A DNA stretch of 64,000 nt, taken from the NCBI GenBank assembly GCA_947175435.1, contig CAMWMS010000001.1, positions 2,851 to 66,850 on the forward strand, read 5' to 3'. Position 1 is the stretch's first letter, and each line of letters opens with the position of its first letter. Source of the DNA: an uncultured Lachnospiraceae bacterium. GTDB taxonomy: Bacteria; Bacillota; Clostridia; Lachnospirales; Lachnospiraceae. The notes beneath the pieces were generated by a model. That model was given only the letters and a program-made list of their open reading frames with translations, was not told where the DNA came from and ran no database searches. Position numbers and translations under genes: made by a program. Shown here piece after piece: positions 1-10,529 of the stretch.

Positions 1-73
1 ACACGTCGTCATTTGCCACGATACCGGGAAAACGCTTCGTGATGTGATTCATTTCGATAATGTAATCTGACAT
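1..73 (-). CDS. Sugar/nucleoside ABC transporter ATP-binding protein, N-terminus (runs off window edge)
   Basis: Minus-strand ATG at 73 gives MSDYIIEMNHITKRFPGIVANDDV, a typical start for CUT2 ABC ATPases; lies downstream of a BMP lipoprotein gene. Confidence 0.8.
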   Translation of the reverse strand, partial: MSDYIIEMNHITKRFPGIVANDDV

Positions 74-447
74 GCGTTGACCTCGCTTTACTGGAAGTGT
101 GTGCTTTCTTCCGCAAAAAAGTCTAGCGGGCACTAAGCTTATGAATAATTTCGCTGGATACCCACGTTTTTGAAAGGCGGTCGCGCAGAGGAAAGATAAT
201 ATCTACGGAGCCGCGCTTTCGCTCCGCAAAAAGCGTAACAGGTGCTAAACTCGTGAGAAACCTCGTTAAGCACTGACGCTTTTTGAGGGGCTCCTTAAGA
301 TATTAACTTCCCTCTGCGCTTAGGCATTGAATTATTTGCGGATTATATTGCTTTTTTATATACTTATAGAATAAGGCAAAATAAAAAAGGCTGCAAGGGA
401 AATTTACCTTACAGCCTTATATTACGTTCTAAACTACGTAGTGGGTA

Positions 448-561
448 TCGGCAAGAATGTAAGCGAAGCGACATTCCCGCGACTTATATTACGTAAAAAT
501 ACTTCGGCAAGAATGTAAGCGAAGCGACATTCTTGCGATTTAGCTGCGTAGCAGCTAAATC
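448..561. repeat. REP-like tandem palindromes
   Basis: TCGGCAAGAATGTAAGCGAAGCGACATTC at 448-476 and 504-532 (stem GCAAGAATGT/ACATTCTTGC, loop AAGCGAAGCG), plus hairpin GATTTAGCTGCGTAGCAGCTAAATC at 537-561. Confidence 0.75.
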
Positions 562-563
562 AC

Positions 564-1808
564 CTACCATGTGAAATCATCCGGGGTTACGCCGTTGAAG
601 TTAGCGGCAGGAACGATTGCGCCGGATTTTACTGACTCGTATGCAGCATCGATCTTGGAAATGGTGTCTGCGGATAACTGGCAGCGGCCGTCTGCATTTA
701 CATAGCCTGTGGAGTCTGTGTCAGCCTGCAGAGTTACGTTGGCACCCTTGAAGGAACCGTCTACTACTGCATTTAAGGCACGCTCTACATTCAAGTGCAT
801 TACTTTCAGCGCGGATGTCAGAACTACGTTGGAATCACCGTTTGCGCCGTCGTCATACTGGTCTACGTCACAACCGATAAAATATACGCCGTCAGCTTCT
901 TTAACTGCTGTCAGTACACCGTTACCGGAAGCGCCTGCTGCAACGAAGATGACATCAACACCTTCGGCGATCAGTGCGTTACCTACGACTTTACCTGTTG
1001 CCTCGTCGGCAAAAGAACCGACGTAGTTACCGCCTACGTTGGCGCCGGTCACGTCTGTGCCTGCATAGGAAGGAAGCTCTACGATCTCGGCATTAGTGCC
1101 CTCGGTCTCATTTGCGTATTTCACACCGCATTCAAAACCGTACTGATAGTTTACATTGGAAGGATATGCGATACCGTTGACAACGGCTACCTTGCCGGTG
1201 GTTGTCTCAAGAGCGGCAGCCATACCTGCGAAGAAACCGGATTCCTGCTCTGCGAAGCACATAGCGTAGATATTGTCTACCGTTACTTCGTTGCCTTCTG
1301 CGTCAGAAGGGAAGGAGTCTACCAGAACGAATTTCACATCGGGGTTTTCTTCTGCAATTGTGGAGATTCCAGCAAACTGGAATCCGCAGCAAACGATTAC
1401 ATCGTAGTCCGCAACAATGTCAGCGACTGCCTGTACGGCTGCCGTCACATCACCGGTTGTCTCCTGTACCGGTGTTACGGTGCAGTCGGGGTGGCTCGCG
1501 ATAAATGTCATGATACCGTTATAGTTGTCTTCATTGAAAGAACCGTCATCTACGCCGGAAGGACTGCTGACGATCGCGATTTTAAGCGCTGCATCGGAAG
1601 ATTCTGCCGGAGCGGCTTCATCGTTTCCTTCTGCTTCTGTGTCTGCTGCTGCCTCAGGCTCGTTATCTGCCGTATCGTTTGCGGCGTCTGTTGCTGTATC
1701 TTCTGTCGTCGTATCATTTGCGGAAGACTGGGCATTGCCATTGCCGCAGCCTGCAAGTGAAAGAACCATAACAGAAGAAAGGATCAGTGCTAATACTTTC
1801 TTTTTCAT
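564..1808 (-). CDS. BMP/PnrA-family ABC transporter substrate-binding lipoprotein (probably nucleosides)
   Basis: Start MKKKVLALILSS at 1808 with RBS; lipobox LAGC; DDGSFNE, FAEQESGFFAG and IGCDVDQ motifs. Confidence 0.9.
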   Translation of the reverse strand: MKKKVLALILSSVMVLSLAGCGNGNAQSSANDTTTEDTATDAANDTADNEPEAAADTEAEGNDEAAPAESSDAALKIAIVSSPSGVDDGSFNEDNYNGIMTFIASHPDCTVTPVQETTGDVTAAVQAVADIVADYDVIVCCGFQFAGISTIAEENPDVKFVLVDSFPSDAEGNEVTVDNIYAMCFAEQESGFFAGMAAALETTTGKVAVVNGIAYPSNVNYQYGFECGVKYANETEGTNAEIVELPSYAGTDVTGANVGGNYVGSFADEATGKVVGNALIAEGVDVIFVAAGASGNGVLTAVKEADGVYFIGCDVDQYDDGANGDSNVVLTSALKVMHLNVERALNAVVDGSFKGANVTLQADTDSTGYVNADGRCQLSADTISKIDAAYESVKSGAIVPAANFNGVTPDDFTW

Positions 1809-2146
1809 AAATATTCTCCTCTCTGTATGTGGGCATGTCCTATTATAAATAGGAAGAAAAGGGAATTCTTCCGGAAGAAAAAAGAATCCTTCTGCTTCTT
1901 GTAACAGGGACATGCTGTAATATTCTATAATATTAGCATTGACCGCAGATAAAAACAACTCCCTTTTTTCATAAAAACACTATAGAAAAAATATAAAACT
2001 CTTGTGAATTTTTCGTGATCTTTCTTGACATTAAAAAATATTTGCATAATGATATATAGGTGGGATTTATTGGAATGACGAAGAGACGGGCTGATAATTA
2101 AGAAATTTGGCCGGTTTTTGTCAGGAAAGGAGCAGAGCTAATCAAT

Positions 2147-3898
2147 ATGATCAAAACATTAGCGGCACAGATTAAAGAATTTAAGAAGGCATCCGTGCTG
2201 ACACCTATTTTTATGATAATGGAGGTTGTCTTTGAGACGCTGATTCCACTCTTGATGGCATCGATCATCGATGATGGTGTGGAAGCAGGCGATATGCGCC
2301 ATATCTATATCGTGGGCGGCTTAATGGTCGGGGCGGCGCTGTGCGGACTCTTCTGCGGCGTCATGGGCGGTAAATACGGCGCCAGGGCATCTACCGGTTT
2401 TGCCCGTAATCTGCGTAAGGCCATGTTTGACAACATACAGACATTTTCTTTTTCCAATCTGGATAAGTTCAGTACGGCGGGACTGGTCACCAGGCTGACC
2501 ACGGACGTGACGAATGTGCAAATGGCGTACCAGATGCTTCTACGTATCTGTTTCCGTGCACCGATCAGCATGATCTGCGCCATGTCCATGGCATTTATGA
2601 TCAATACCAGACTGGCTTCGGTGTATATGATAGCACTTGTGCTGTTGGCGATCGTGCTCTTTTTTATTATAACCAGAGCGATGAAGTACTTCCAGATGGC
2701 ATTCCCGAAGTATGACGAACTTAATGCTTCCGTGCAGGAGAATGTCAGCGCGATCCGTGTTGTCAAGGCTTATGTCAGGGAAGATTACGAGACTTCCAAG
2801 CTCAAGAAAGCCAGTCAGGCTATCTATGATATTTTCATAAAAGCGGAGAAAAACGTGGTGCTGAATATGCCGGTTATGCAGTTTACTGTCTATACTTGTA
2901 TCCTGTTAATCAGCTGGATGGGCGCCAGAATGATCGTGCAGAATGAGCTGACCACCGGTGCATTGATGAGTCTGATGGCATACTGTATGAATATCCTGAT
3001 GAGCCTGATGATGGTTGCCATGATCTTCGTTATGATGAGCATGAGTATTGCCAGTGCAAGGCGTATCAGTGAAGTGCTGAATGAAAAGAGCGATCTGACT
3101 AATCCGGTCAATCCTGCCTATGAGGTGGCAAGCGGGGAGATCGAATTTAAGAATGTTGAGTTTTCCTATTATGAAGATAAGAGCAAGGCGATACTGCACG
3201 ATATTAATCTTAAGATCAATGCAGGCGAGACAGTGGGAATACTCGGCGGAACAGGCAGTTCCAAAACAAGTCTGGTCAACCTGATCAGCCGCCTGTACGA
3301 TGTATCTGCGGGGTCTGTCATGGTAGGCGGCCGCGATGTGCGGGAGTATGACATGGAAAGCCTGCGTAATCAGGTAGCGGTAGTGCTGCAGAAGAATGTA
3401 TTGTTTTCAGGAACGATTCTGGATAACCTCAGATGGGGAGACGAGAATGCCACGGAAGAGGAATGTAAGCGGGTGTGCCGGCTTGCCTGTGCGGACGAAT
3501 TTATCGAGAAGATGCCGGAGGGCTATAACACTTACATAGAACAGGGCGGTACGAATGTGTCCGGTGGGCAGAAACAGCGTCTCTGTATTGCGAGGGCGCT
3601 GCTCAAGAAACCGAAGATACTGATTCTTGACGACAGCACCAGCGCCGTGGATACGGCTACGGATGCCAGAATAAGGAAGGCTTTTGCAGAGGAAATTCCG
3701 GAGACGACCAAGCTGATCATTGCCCAGCGTGTGTCCAGCGTGCAGAATGCCGACCACATCATCGTCATGGAGGACGGACGCATCAACGGCTACGGAACAC
3801 ACGAGGAATTGCTTGAGAGTAACGAGATCTATCGTGAAGTATATGAATCCCAGACCAGCGGCGGCGGGGATTTCGATGAGAAAGTTGAGGTGGTATAA
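2147..3898 (+). CDS. Heterodimeric multidrug-type ABC exporter, subunit 1 (TMD+NBD)
   Basis: 6-TM N-terminus; degenerate Walker A GGTGSSKT; VSGGQKQR signature; ILDD; Q in place of the switch His. Confidence 0.92.
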   Translation: MIKTLAAQIKEFKKASVLTPIFMIMEVVFETLIPLLMASIIDDGVEAGDMRHIYIVGGLMVGAALCGLFCGVMGGKYGARASTGFARNLRKAMFDNIQTFSFSNLDKFSTAGLVTRLTTDVTNVQMAYQMLLRICFRAPISMICAMSMAFMINTRLASVYMIALVLLAIVLFFIITRAMKYFQMAFPKYDELNASVQENVSAIRVVKAYVREDYETSKLKKASQAIYDIFIKAEKNVVLNMPVMQFTVYTCILLISWMGARMIVQNELTTGALMSLMAYCMNILMSLMMVAMIFVMMSMSIASARRISEVLNEKSDLTNPVNPAYEVASGEIEFKNVEFSYYEDKSKAILHDINLKINAGETVGILGGTGSSKTSLVNLISRLYDVSAGSVMVGGRDVREYDMESLRNQVAVVLQKNVLFSGTILDNLRWGDENATEEECKRVCRLACADEFIEKMPEGYNTYIEQGGTNVSGGQKQRLCIARALLKKPKILILDDSTSAVDTATDARIRKAFAEEIPETTKLIIAQRVSSVQNADHIIVMEDGRINGYGTHEELLESNEIYREVYESQTSGGGDFDEKVEVV

Positions 3899-5799
3899 TG
3901 CCGGGACCAATGCATGGCAGAATGCCTAAAGGAAAAAGAATAGAAAATCCGGGAAAGGTTTTTAAACGGCTGATGAAGTATGTGGCGAAAAGTTATGCGC
4001 CCCATCTGATCATTGTTGCCATATTGATCTTCGTCAGTGTATTGGCGAATGTACAGGGGACAATGTTTATCCAGAGCCTGATCGATGACTATATAACACC
4101 GATGCTGACGACGGATGTGCCGGATTATCATCCCCTTGCAATGGCGATTCTTAGGGTAGCAGGATTCTACGCCATCGGCGTAGCGGCGGCTTACACATAT
4201 AACAGGCTTATGATCAATGTGACGCAGGGGGTTCTCAGAAATTTGAGAGATGACTTGTTTACTCATATGCAGACGCTTCCTATTAAATATTTTGATACGC
4301 ATGCCCACGGAGACATTATGTCGGTTTATACCAATGACACCGATACGATCCGGCAGATGGTGAGCCAGAGTATGCCCCAGATATTCAACAGTACGATTAC
4401 CATTGTCAGCGTACTGATCAGTATGATCGTTCTGAGCGTGCCGCTTACTCTGGTGACGCTTGTCATGGTGGCAGTCATGCTTGTTGTTACGAAGAAGACG
4501 GCGGGATTAAGCGGAAGTTATTTCTTACAGCAGCAGAAAGATCTGGGTAAAGTCAACGGATTTATAGAAGAGATGATGGAAGGACAGAAAGTAGTGAAAG
4601 TCTTCTGTCACGAAGAGGAAAATATCAGACGGTTTAATGAATTGAACGATAACCTTTACCACAGCGCGGATAAGGCAAACTATCTGGTCAATATCGTAGG
4701 ACCGGTCAATATGCAGCTTGGTAATGTAAGTTACGTGATATGTGCGATTGTCGGCGGAGTACTGGCGATATCGGGGATTTCCGGATTATCTCTGGGGGCG
4801 CTTGCCAGTTTCCTGACCTTTAATAAGAGTTTTAATATGCCGATTAACCAGGTGAGTCAACAATTCAACTCCATTGTAATGGCGATGGCGGGTGCGGAGC
4901 GTATCTTTAAGATGATGGATGAGGTGCCGGAGACGGACGAAGGCTATGTGACCCTTGTCAATGTCAGGGAAGAAGGCGGCAGACTTGTGGAGAGTGCGGA
5001 ACGTACCGGACGCTGGGCATGGCGGCACGAACATCAGGCAAATCATGCTGTAGATTATGTGGAACTGAAAGGTGACGTGGTGTTCGACGGCGTGGATTTC
5101 GGCTACAATGATGACAAAATCGTGCTGCATGATGTGAAGCTCTTCGCTGAGCCGGGGCAGAAGATTGCTTTCGTCGGTTCCACTGGAGCGGGTAAGACGA
5201 CGATCACGAATCTGATTAACCGCTTCTACGATATACAGGACGGTAAGATCAGATATGACGGCATTAATGTCAATAAGATCAAGAAGGCGGATTTACGGCG
5301 TTCGCTCGGTATTGTATTGCAGGATACACACTTGTTTACAGGAAGTGTTATGGATAACATACGTTACGGGAAACTGGATGCCACTGACGAGGAAGTTATT
5401 GCAGCGGCAAAGCTTGCCAATGCGGACGGCTTTATCAGACATCTTCCGGAAGGTTATGACACGATACTGACCGGTGACGGCGCTAACTTAAGTCAGGGAC
5501 AGAGACAGCTTCTCGCCATTGCCCGCGCGGCGATTGCCGATCCTCCGGTGCTGATCCTGGATGAGGCGACCAGTTCCATTGATACCCGTACGGAGCGGAT
5601 CGTGCAGGACGGCATGGATAAGCTGATGAACGGCAGAACCACCTTCGTGATTGCACACAGGCTTTCTACCGTCAAGAATTCCGACTGTATTATGGTATTG
5701 GAGCAGGGGCGGATTATTGAAAGAGGAACGCATGACCAGTTGATTGAGGAGAAAGGGAAGTATTATCAGTTGTATACAGGGAATGCGATTACGGCGTAA
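3898..5799 (+). CDS. Heterodimeric multidrug-type ABC exporter, subunit 2
   Basis: GSTGAGKT, LSQGQRQ, ILDEATS, IAHRLST; overlaps the stop of the previous gene. Confidence 0.92.
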   Translation: MPGPMHGRMPKGKRIENPGKVFKRLMKYVAKSYAPHLIIVAILIFVSVLANVQGTMFIQSLIDDYITPMLTTDVPDYHPLAMAILRVAGFYAIGVAAAYTYNRLMINVTQGVLRNLRDDLFTHMQTLPIKYFDTHAHGDIMSVYTNDTDTIRQMVSQSMPQIFNSTITIVSVLISMIVLSVPLTLVTLVMVAVMLVVTKKTAGLSGSYFLQQQKDLGKVNGFIEEMMEGQKVVKVFCHEEENIRRFNELNDNLYHSADKANYLVNIVGPVNMQLGNVSYVICAIVGGVLAISGISGLSLGALASFLTFNKSFNMPINQVSQQFNSIVMAMAGAERIFKMMDEVPETDEGYVTLVNVREEGGRLVESAERTGRWAWRHEHQANHAVDYVELKGDVVFDGVDFGYNDDKIVLHDVKLFAEPGQKIAFVGSTGAGKTTITNLINRFYDIQDGKIRYDGINVNKIKKADLRRSLGIVLQDTHLFTGSVMDNIRYGKLDATDEEVIAAAKLANADGFIRHLPEGYDTILTGDGANLSQGQRQLLAIARAAIADPPVLILDEATSSIDTRTERIVQDGMDKLMNGRTTFVIAHRLSTVKNSDCIMVLEQGRIIERGTHDQLIEEKGKYYQLYTGNAITA

Positions 5800-6133
5800 A
5801 TAGTGTTGAAAATAAGGCAAACCGATTGGTTTGCCTTAAATAATACTAGAACACACATAAATAATAAAATAACATGAAATATTAGAAAATTTACATAATA
5901 ATATAATATATCATTAAACTTGATATATGAATCATAGCAAAATGCAAATTGTAATATTTTCATATAACCTATATCTTCTCAAACTACAAAGCAAGGACAG
6001 TATAGCATAAGTGGAATAAAATCTCAATGAGAGTCTACAGATTTGGGTTATTTCGATTTGGGCAATGTCTTCGTGGTTGATTTTTCGAAACAGCAATTTT
6101 GTCATCATTTTAGTATTCGTCCCAAAAAGTGAA

Positions 6134-6187
6134 TTGACAGTTATCCATAGATAATTGTATAGTAAAAGAAGACTACGTAAAATAGTC
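6134..6187 (+). promoter_or_regulatory. sigmaA promoter and putative BlaI-family operator
   Basis: TTGACA 6134-6139, TATAGT 6158-6163; GACTAC-gtaaa-ATAGTC 6171-6187. Confidence 0.65.
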
Positions 6188-6213
6188 AAAAAACGAAAGG
6201 AGACAGAACACAT

Positions 6214-6576
6214 ATGAAAAGTTTTTATAACATGCCAGATGCTGAACGGGAAGTGATAGAGAAACTATGGGATCAGAAAGAACCGGTTAAACAGTCTCTG
6301 CTTCTTACATTGTTTGCAGAAGAAGGAAAGGAGTGGAAAAGACAGACGTTGAACACGTTTCTGTCAAGGTTAGAGGAAAAAGGACTGGTAAGAAGAGAAA
6401 ACAGAATGGTCACGGCTGTATATAGCAGGGAAGAATATAATCTGATGCAGATGAAAGCCGCCATCGATCATATGTATGGAGGAAGCTTGAGTAACCTGAT
6501 CGCAGCGTTTACGCGGGAAAACAGCATTAGTCAAAAAGATGCGGAAGAACTTATCAAGATATTAGAAAACTATTAG
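6214..6576 (+). CDS. BlaI/MecI/CopY-family repressor
   Basis: AEREVIEKLW and WKRQTLNTFLSRLEEKGLV winged-helix pattern; paired with an M56 gene. Confidence 0.9.
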   Translation: MKSFYNMPDAEREVIEKLWDQKEPVKQSLLLTLFAEEGKEWKRQTLNTFLSRLEEKGLVRRENRMVTAVYSREEYNLMQMKAAIDHMYGGSLSNLIAAFTRENSISQKDAEELIKILENY

Positions 6577-6587
6577 GAGCAGAAACT

Positions 6588-7955
6588 ATGAAATATCTAC
6601 TGTTTATGTCTCTTTCGGGAAGTACGATGGTGGGAGTCTGTATGCTGCTCAGATTCCTGTTTAGAGATAAGATGTCTGCGAGACTGCAATATCTGCTTGC
6701 GAGAGCGGCAGTGCTGTATTATTTGATTCCGTTGCCGTTTGTGAAGAAATTGTATGAGAGTATTGCAGGGTATATACTGCCGGAGAAAAAGGTGACAGTA
6801 TCCCAAGTTTCGCTGATCTGGTCAGGGTATTTGGTTCGTGCAAATGGGAAAACATATATTAATGATTACTTGAAAGTTCAGTTGGTCGTGGTAGTTTTGT
6901 GGCTATTAATTTCTTTTCTATGGTTAATATTCGAACTGAATGATTATCTTAAGACAAGAAAGAAAATATTGAGTTATGCAGACGAGGTGATTGCAAAAGA
7001 GGAAGCTGTTTTTTTAGAGCGATTGAAGAAGCGTTATGATTTAAAACGGAACATCACTGTATATCAGGGGAATACAGGCGTTGGGACGATAACATTCGGG
7101 CTTTTGCAACCGGTCATCTTGTGTGATCAGAGAATGGGAAGTCCCGCGGCAGAGCTCATCTTATGCCACGAACTGATACATATTAAACGTTGGGATATTT
7201 TATGGCAAATGTTAAGGCAATTAGCGTTTCTCTTACATTGGTGGAATCCGGTCATGTGGATATTGTATCGGGATTTTGAGCGGGTCTGCGAATGGTCGTG
7301 TGATGAGGCAACGGTCCAAGGCAGAACAAAAGATGAAAAGAAAATGTATATACGTCTTCTGATTATGGAATCAACAAAAGAAAAGTACGACGGCCATACT
7401 CGTTTACAGTGGGGCATGAGTTTTGAAAATGCCAGTGTCGTGAAAAAATTAGAGAAAAGGATGGAGAATGTTATGAAGATGAAAAATTGGAATAAGACTA
7501 TAGCAGGAATTGTAACAGTTACTTTGGTTTTGGTTAATTCATTGACGGTGTTTGCTTATAATGAGGCAGTTCATGAGGATTGTGAAGTGGGTGTATCACA
7601 GGAACAAATAGACAGAAAATTGGAAGGAAACGGCTGGCAGTTTATCCCGGATGAAATCAATGAAAAAGAATTGGATGGATTTACTTCGTATGTAACGGAA
7701 AGCGGCCGAATCGAGTATGATGTGCAGTTTACAGATGAGGATGGCAACATCTACCGAGTACAGGAAAAGACATCAGTAGTTGCTTATGCCAACTGTAATC
7801 ATACGTATGTGTCGGGGAGAGTAAACAAACATATTCCAAAATCTGGCGGAAGCTGTGTGGTGGAAGAGTATTATGCACAGCGGTGCAGTAAGTGTGGTAG
7901 TGTGGTAATGGGAGATAGAATAAATGAAATTACTTTTGCCGTATGTCCTCATTAA
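6588..7955 (+). CDS. BlaR1/M56-family membrane metallopeptidase sensor with Cys-rich C-terminus (no penicillin-binding domain)
   Basis: HELIHIKRWD, HWWNP and CEWSCDE motifs; C-terminal C..H...C...CSKC...CPH. Confidence 0.88.
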   Translation: MKYLLFMSLSGSTMVGVCMLLRFLFRDKMSARLQYLLARAAVLYYLIPLPFVKKLYESIAGYILPEKKVTVSQVSLIWSGYLVRANGKTYINDYLKVQLVVVVLWLLISFLWLIFELNDYLKTRKKILSYADEVIAKEEAVFLERLKKRYDLKRNITVYQGNTGVGTITFGLLQPVILCDQRMGSPAAELILCHELIHIKRWDILWQMLRQLAFLLHWWNPVMWILYRDFERVCEWSCDEATVQGRTKDEKKMYIRLLIMESTKEKYDGHTRLQWGMSFENASVVKKLEKRMENVMKMKNWNKTIAGIVTVTLVLVNSLTVFAYNEAVHEDCEVGVSQEQIDRKLEGNGWQFIPDEINEKELDGFTSYVTESGRIEYDVQFTDEDGNIYRVQEKTSVVAYANCNHTYVSGRVNKHIPKSGGSCVVEEYYAQRCSKCGSVVMGDRINEITFAVCPH

Positions 7956-8024
7956 TAAGATAGTGAAGTGGCTGATTTAATCTTTAACTTACGTGAAAGT
8001 CCAAGCCTTTAATTATTAAAGTAG

Positions 8025-8089
8025 TTGACACGACTACACACTTATGTTAGGATGATTATGACTACTAAGAGTAGTCATAATCATCCTAA
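8025..8089 (+). promoter_or_regulatory. sigmaA promoter overlapped by a 43-bp palindrome containing GACTAC-N5-GTAGTC
   Basis: TTGACA 8025-8030, 17 bp, TGnTAGGAT; perfect 20-bp arms at 8047-8066 and 8070-8089. Confidence 0.75.
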
Positions 8090-8158
8090 TTGTATTTTCA
8101 GCCGCGGTGGAAATACAGAACATAGGATCTGATATTTTTAATAATTTGAACGAAAGGA

Positions 8159-9505
8159 ATGAATAACGTTATGAAAGCACGATGGAAAAAGGTTGTACTG
8201 TCAGCCCTTATGGTATTCAGTCTGCTGGGTCATACATTAACAGTATGTGCGGAGGAGCAGGGAGAAGATTATACTTCTGAGGATGTGGAGGAAATTGTTA
8301 TAGGCAATATTTCCGCAGAGACTCAAAATGAAACAAAAGATGCTTCTGTTATCGATCAGGAGTTTTATGTGGGTCAGAAATTTGACATAAACGTCATGAC
8401 TTTGGCGGATGAAGCAAATACAGACTTTAATAATGCAAGAATCATTCAGGTTAATTCCATTGTTAATGATGCTATTACGGAGGAAGGTCAACAGAGATGG
8501 TATGCATTTGGTGCAAATTCCGGTAAACTTACACTTGATTTAGACTTAAGAAACTGCAGTAATGTTGATTATGATGTATATTTGTATCAATATGATGATG
8601 AGCAGGGTATCATCACCATGATTGACGGCATGGCAGGCACTAGAAATGTTGAACATTTTGCTCGGATGGTAGATGCAGGAGTATACTTTGTTGTAGTCAA
8701 CGGATATTCAGGCTGCGATGCAGATCATCCTTATTCTCTTGGTGTGGTTTTATCTACTTATTATGATGAACATGAAGTAGATGATAGATTGCAGGATGCT
8801 TATGTTCTGTCCTCTATGGATTATAGTGTAACGGGTACCATTGATAATCAGTTTGATGTAGATATTCAGCAGTATTCTGTCACAAAGGCAGGCAGAATGT
8901 ATTTTACATTAAGAAACAACGGGTCAAATGGCAATATATATGCTATAGAATTGATGGATTCATATGGGAACTCCTTAGCCACGTTGAATCAGAATAAAAA
9001 GTACAATGTAGATTTGCCTCAAGGAATTTATTTCTTTAAAGTCTTTTGTTCAACATATGGTTCGGATTACAGTTCAACTTATACTTTGAGCGGGGAGACT
9101 CGCAGCGGAGCGGTCAGAGTGGAAGTGACACATGCAGGTGATGCTGCGCATCCGATACAGGATTATAAGGGTGGTCCTTACTGGCGGGTATATTCCAATT
9201 CATATGTGGATGGAATTGCGTACGATTCTAATGGGTATATAGTGCCTAATGCAGATATCTCGATAGTCGTAAGAATAGTAAATGGGGATCAGGATGTATA
9301 CGCAAACGGAAAAACCGATAGTCAGGGAAAATTTAGGATTCAATTAAATATTGGTGATGGAGTTGGTCAATATTCATACTATGCATCCGGGATATCATGG
9401 CATTTTTATGATATTGTTCCTGTTTCATTTGAAAGCAACGGGAAGAGAATATCAGCAGACATTGATCACTTTTACCACTTTGCCTATCAGCGAATGATCC
9501 ACTAA
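8159..9505 (+). CDS. Secreted protein with repeated PPC-like beta-sandwich domains, function unknown
   Basis: Signal peptide ending TVCA; DYDVYLY...AGVYFVVV and ...PQGIYFFKV patterns. Confidence 0.6.
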   Translation: MNNVMKARWKKVVLSALMVFSLLGHTLTVCAEEQGEDYTSEDVEEIVIGNISAETQNETKDASVIDQEFYVGQKFDINVMTLADEANTDFNNARIIQVNSIVNDAITEEGQQRWYAFGANSGKLTLDLDLRNCSNVDYDVYLYQYDDEQGIITMIDGMAGTRNVEHFARMVDAGVYFVVVNGYSGCDADHPYSLGVVLSTYYDEHEVDDRLQDAYVLSSMDYSVTGTIDNQFDVDIQQYSVTKAGRMYFTLRNNGSNGNIYAIELMDSYGNSLATLNQNKKYNVDLPQGIYFFKVFCSTYGSDYSSTYTLSGETRSGAVRVEVTHAGDAAHPIQDYKGGPYWRVYSNSYVDGIAYDSNGYIVPNADISIVVRIVNGDQDVYANGKTDSQGKFRIQLNIGDGVGQYSYYASGISWHFYDIVPVSFESNGKRISADIDHFYHFAYQRMIH

Positions 9506-9514
9506 CGCCGATAT
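9484..9514 (+). promoter_or_regulatory. Putative sigma28 (SigD/FliA) promoter
   Basis: CTATCAG-N16-GCCGATAT. Confidence 0.6.
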
Positions 9515-9575
9515 AAAATATATATAACAATCACACATTAACAAACCATCAACAAAACAAGCGGAGGGAACTGCT

Positions 9576-10529
9576 ATGGGAATGGAAATTGATTATCTCC
9601 AGGCGGGAGCAGGAGGCGCCTACTGGGAAAGAATGCTGATGAAAAACAGTGTGCAACGTACTATGCCGGGACATACGCCGGAAGAGGCGGGGATGGCAGA
9701 GGAAGTGCGGGAAAAATTATCCGGAGTCACAATTACAATGTCGCCGGAATCCGCAGAATATATGAAGAGATTAGAGGCAAGGAAAGAGGAGGAACGGGCA
9801 CAGCAGGCGCGTTTTCAGAGGGAAAACAGCCCGCTTGTTATGCAGGATCCTTTCAGCAGGATCGGCACACAGTTTTCGACGATCAGTAAAGCGTTGTCGG
9901 AGATGGGGTATTATGATGATCTGAGCGATGAAGAGGTTTTGGAGACAGATAAACTTTTGGCGAATATCACGTATGGAATGAACAGCATTTGTGGCAATTT
10001 CAGAGTAGAAACCGAAACACGAGCGCCGGAGCTTTCTTCCTATGCGGCGAAGTTTGAGCTGGAGTCCTCGACGGCGGCATTGCGCCAATTTGCTGATAAG
10101 TATCTGCCGGAGAATATGCGGGAGACTTTTCAGAACCTGGTTGACAAGTATTATGAACATAATTCCATGGCTTTGGAAGGATATCGTTCAACGAGGGAGA
10201 TTATGGATGAACTTCAGGCGAATACTTATGATAAGGTAGCGTCTTCGAGGGTAATTCCGATGAGTGAAGAGGAGAAGATGACACATCTTGCAGGCAAAGT
10301 TAAGCCGGAGGACGAAGATGTAAACAGCGCGTACAAAGAGTGGCGGACATATTTTAAAATGTTTGCACAGGCAGATCATCCGGAAGACGATGTAATGGCA
10401 AAGCTGAGCGAGTCTTTAAACAGGCTGGCATCGGGCAACAGTGAAAATAAGAGATTTGTTCAGTTTATAGCGAACCGGAACGCTTTTGCTATTGAGAATG
10501 CAAGGCTGTATTGGTCAGCATTGACATAA
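9576..10529 (+). CDS. Hypothetical alpha-helical protein
   Basis: 317-aa ORF with GGAGG RBS; no recognisable motif. Confidence 0.75.
   Translation: MGMEIDYLQAGAGGAYWERMLMKNSVQRTMPGHTPEEAGMAEEVREKLSGVTITMSPESAEYMKRLEARKEEERAQQARFQRENSPLVMQDPFSRIGTQFSTISKALSEMGYYDDLSDEEVLETDKLLANITYGMNSICGNFRVETETRAPELSSYAAKFELESSTAALRQFADKYLPENMRETFQNLVDKYYEHNSMALEGYRSTREIMDELQANTYDKVASSRVIPMSEEEKMTHLAGKVKPEDEDVNSAYKEWRTYFKMFAQADHPEDDVMAKLSESLNRLASGNSENKRFVQFIANRNAFAIENARLYWSALT

Noticed and set aside
448-532. 29-bp direct repeat pair as a CRISPR array
   Set aside because: Only two copies, no cas genes nearby, and flanking sequence is also partly duplicated; it fits a REP-like duplication better.
795-1760. 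Long antisense ORFs (also 13329-14363 and those within clpB)
   Set aside because: These are shadow frames opposite well-supported genes, explained by codon bias.
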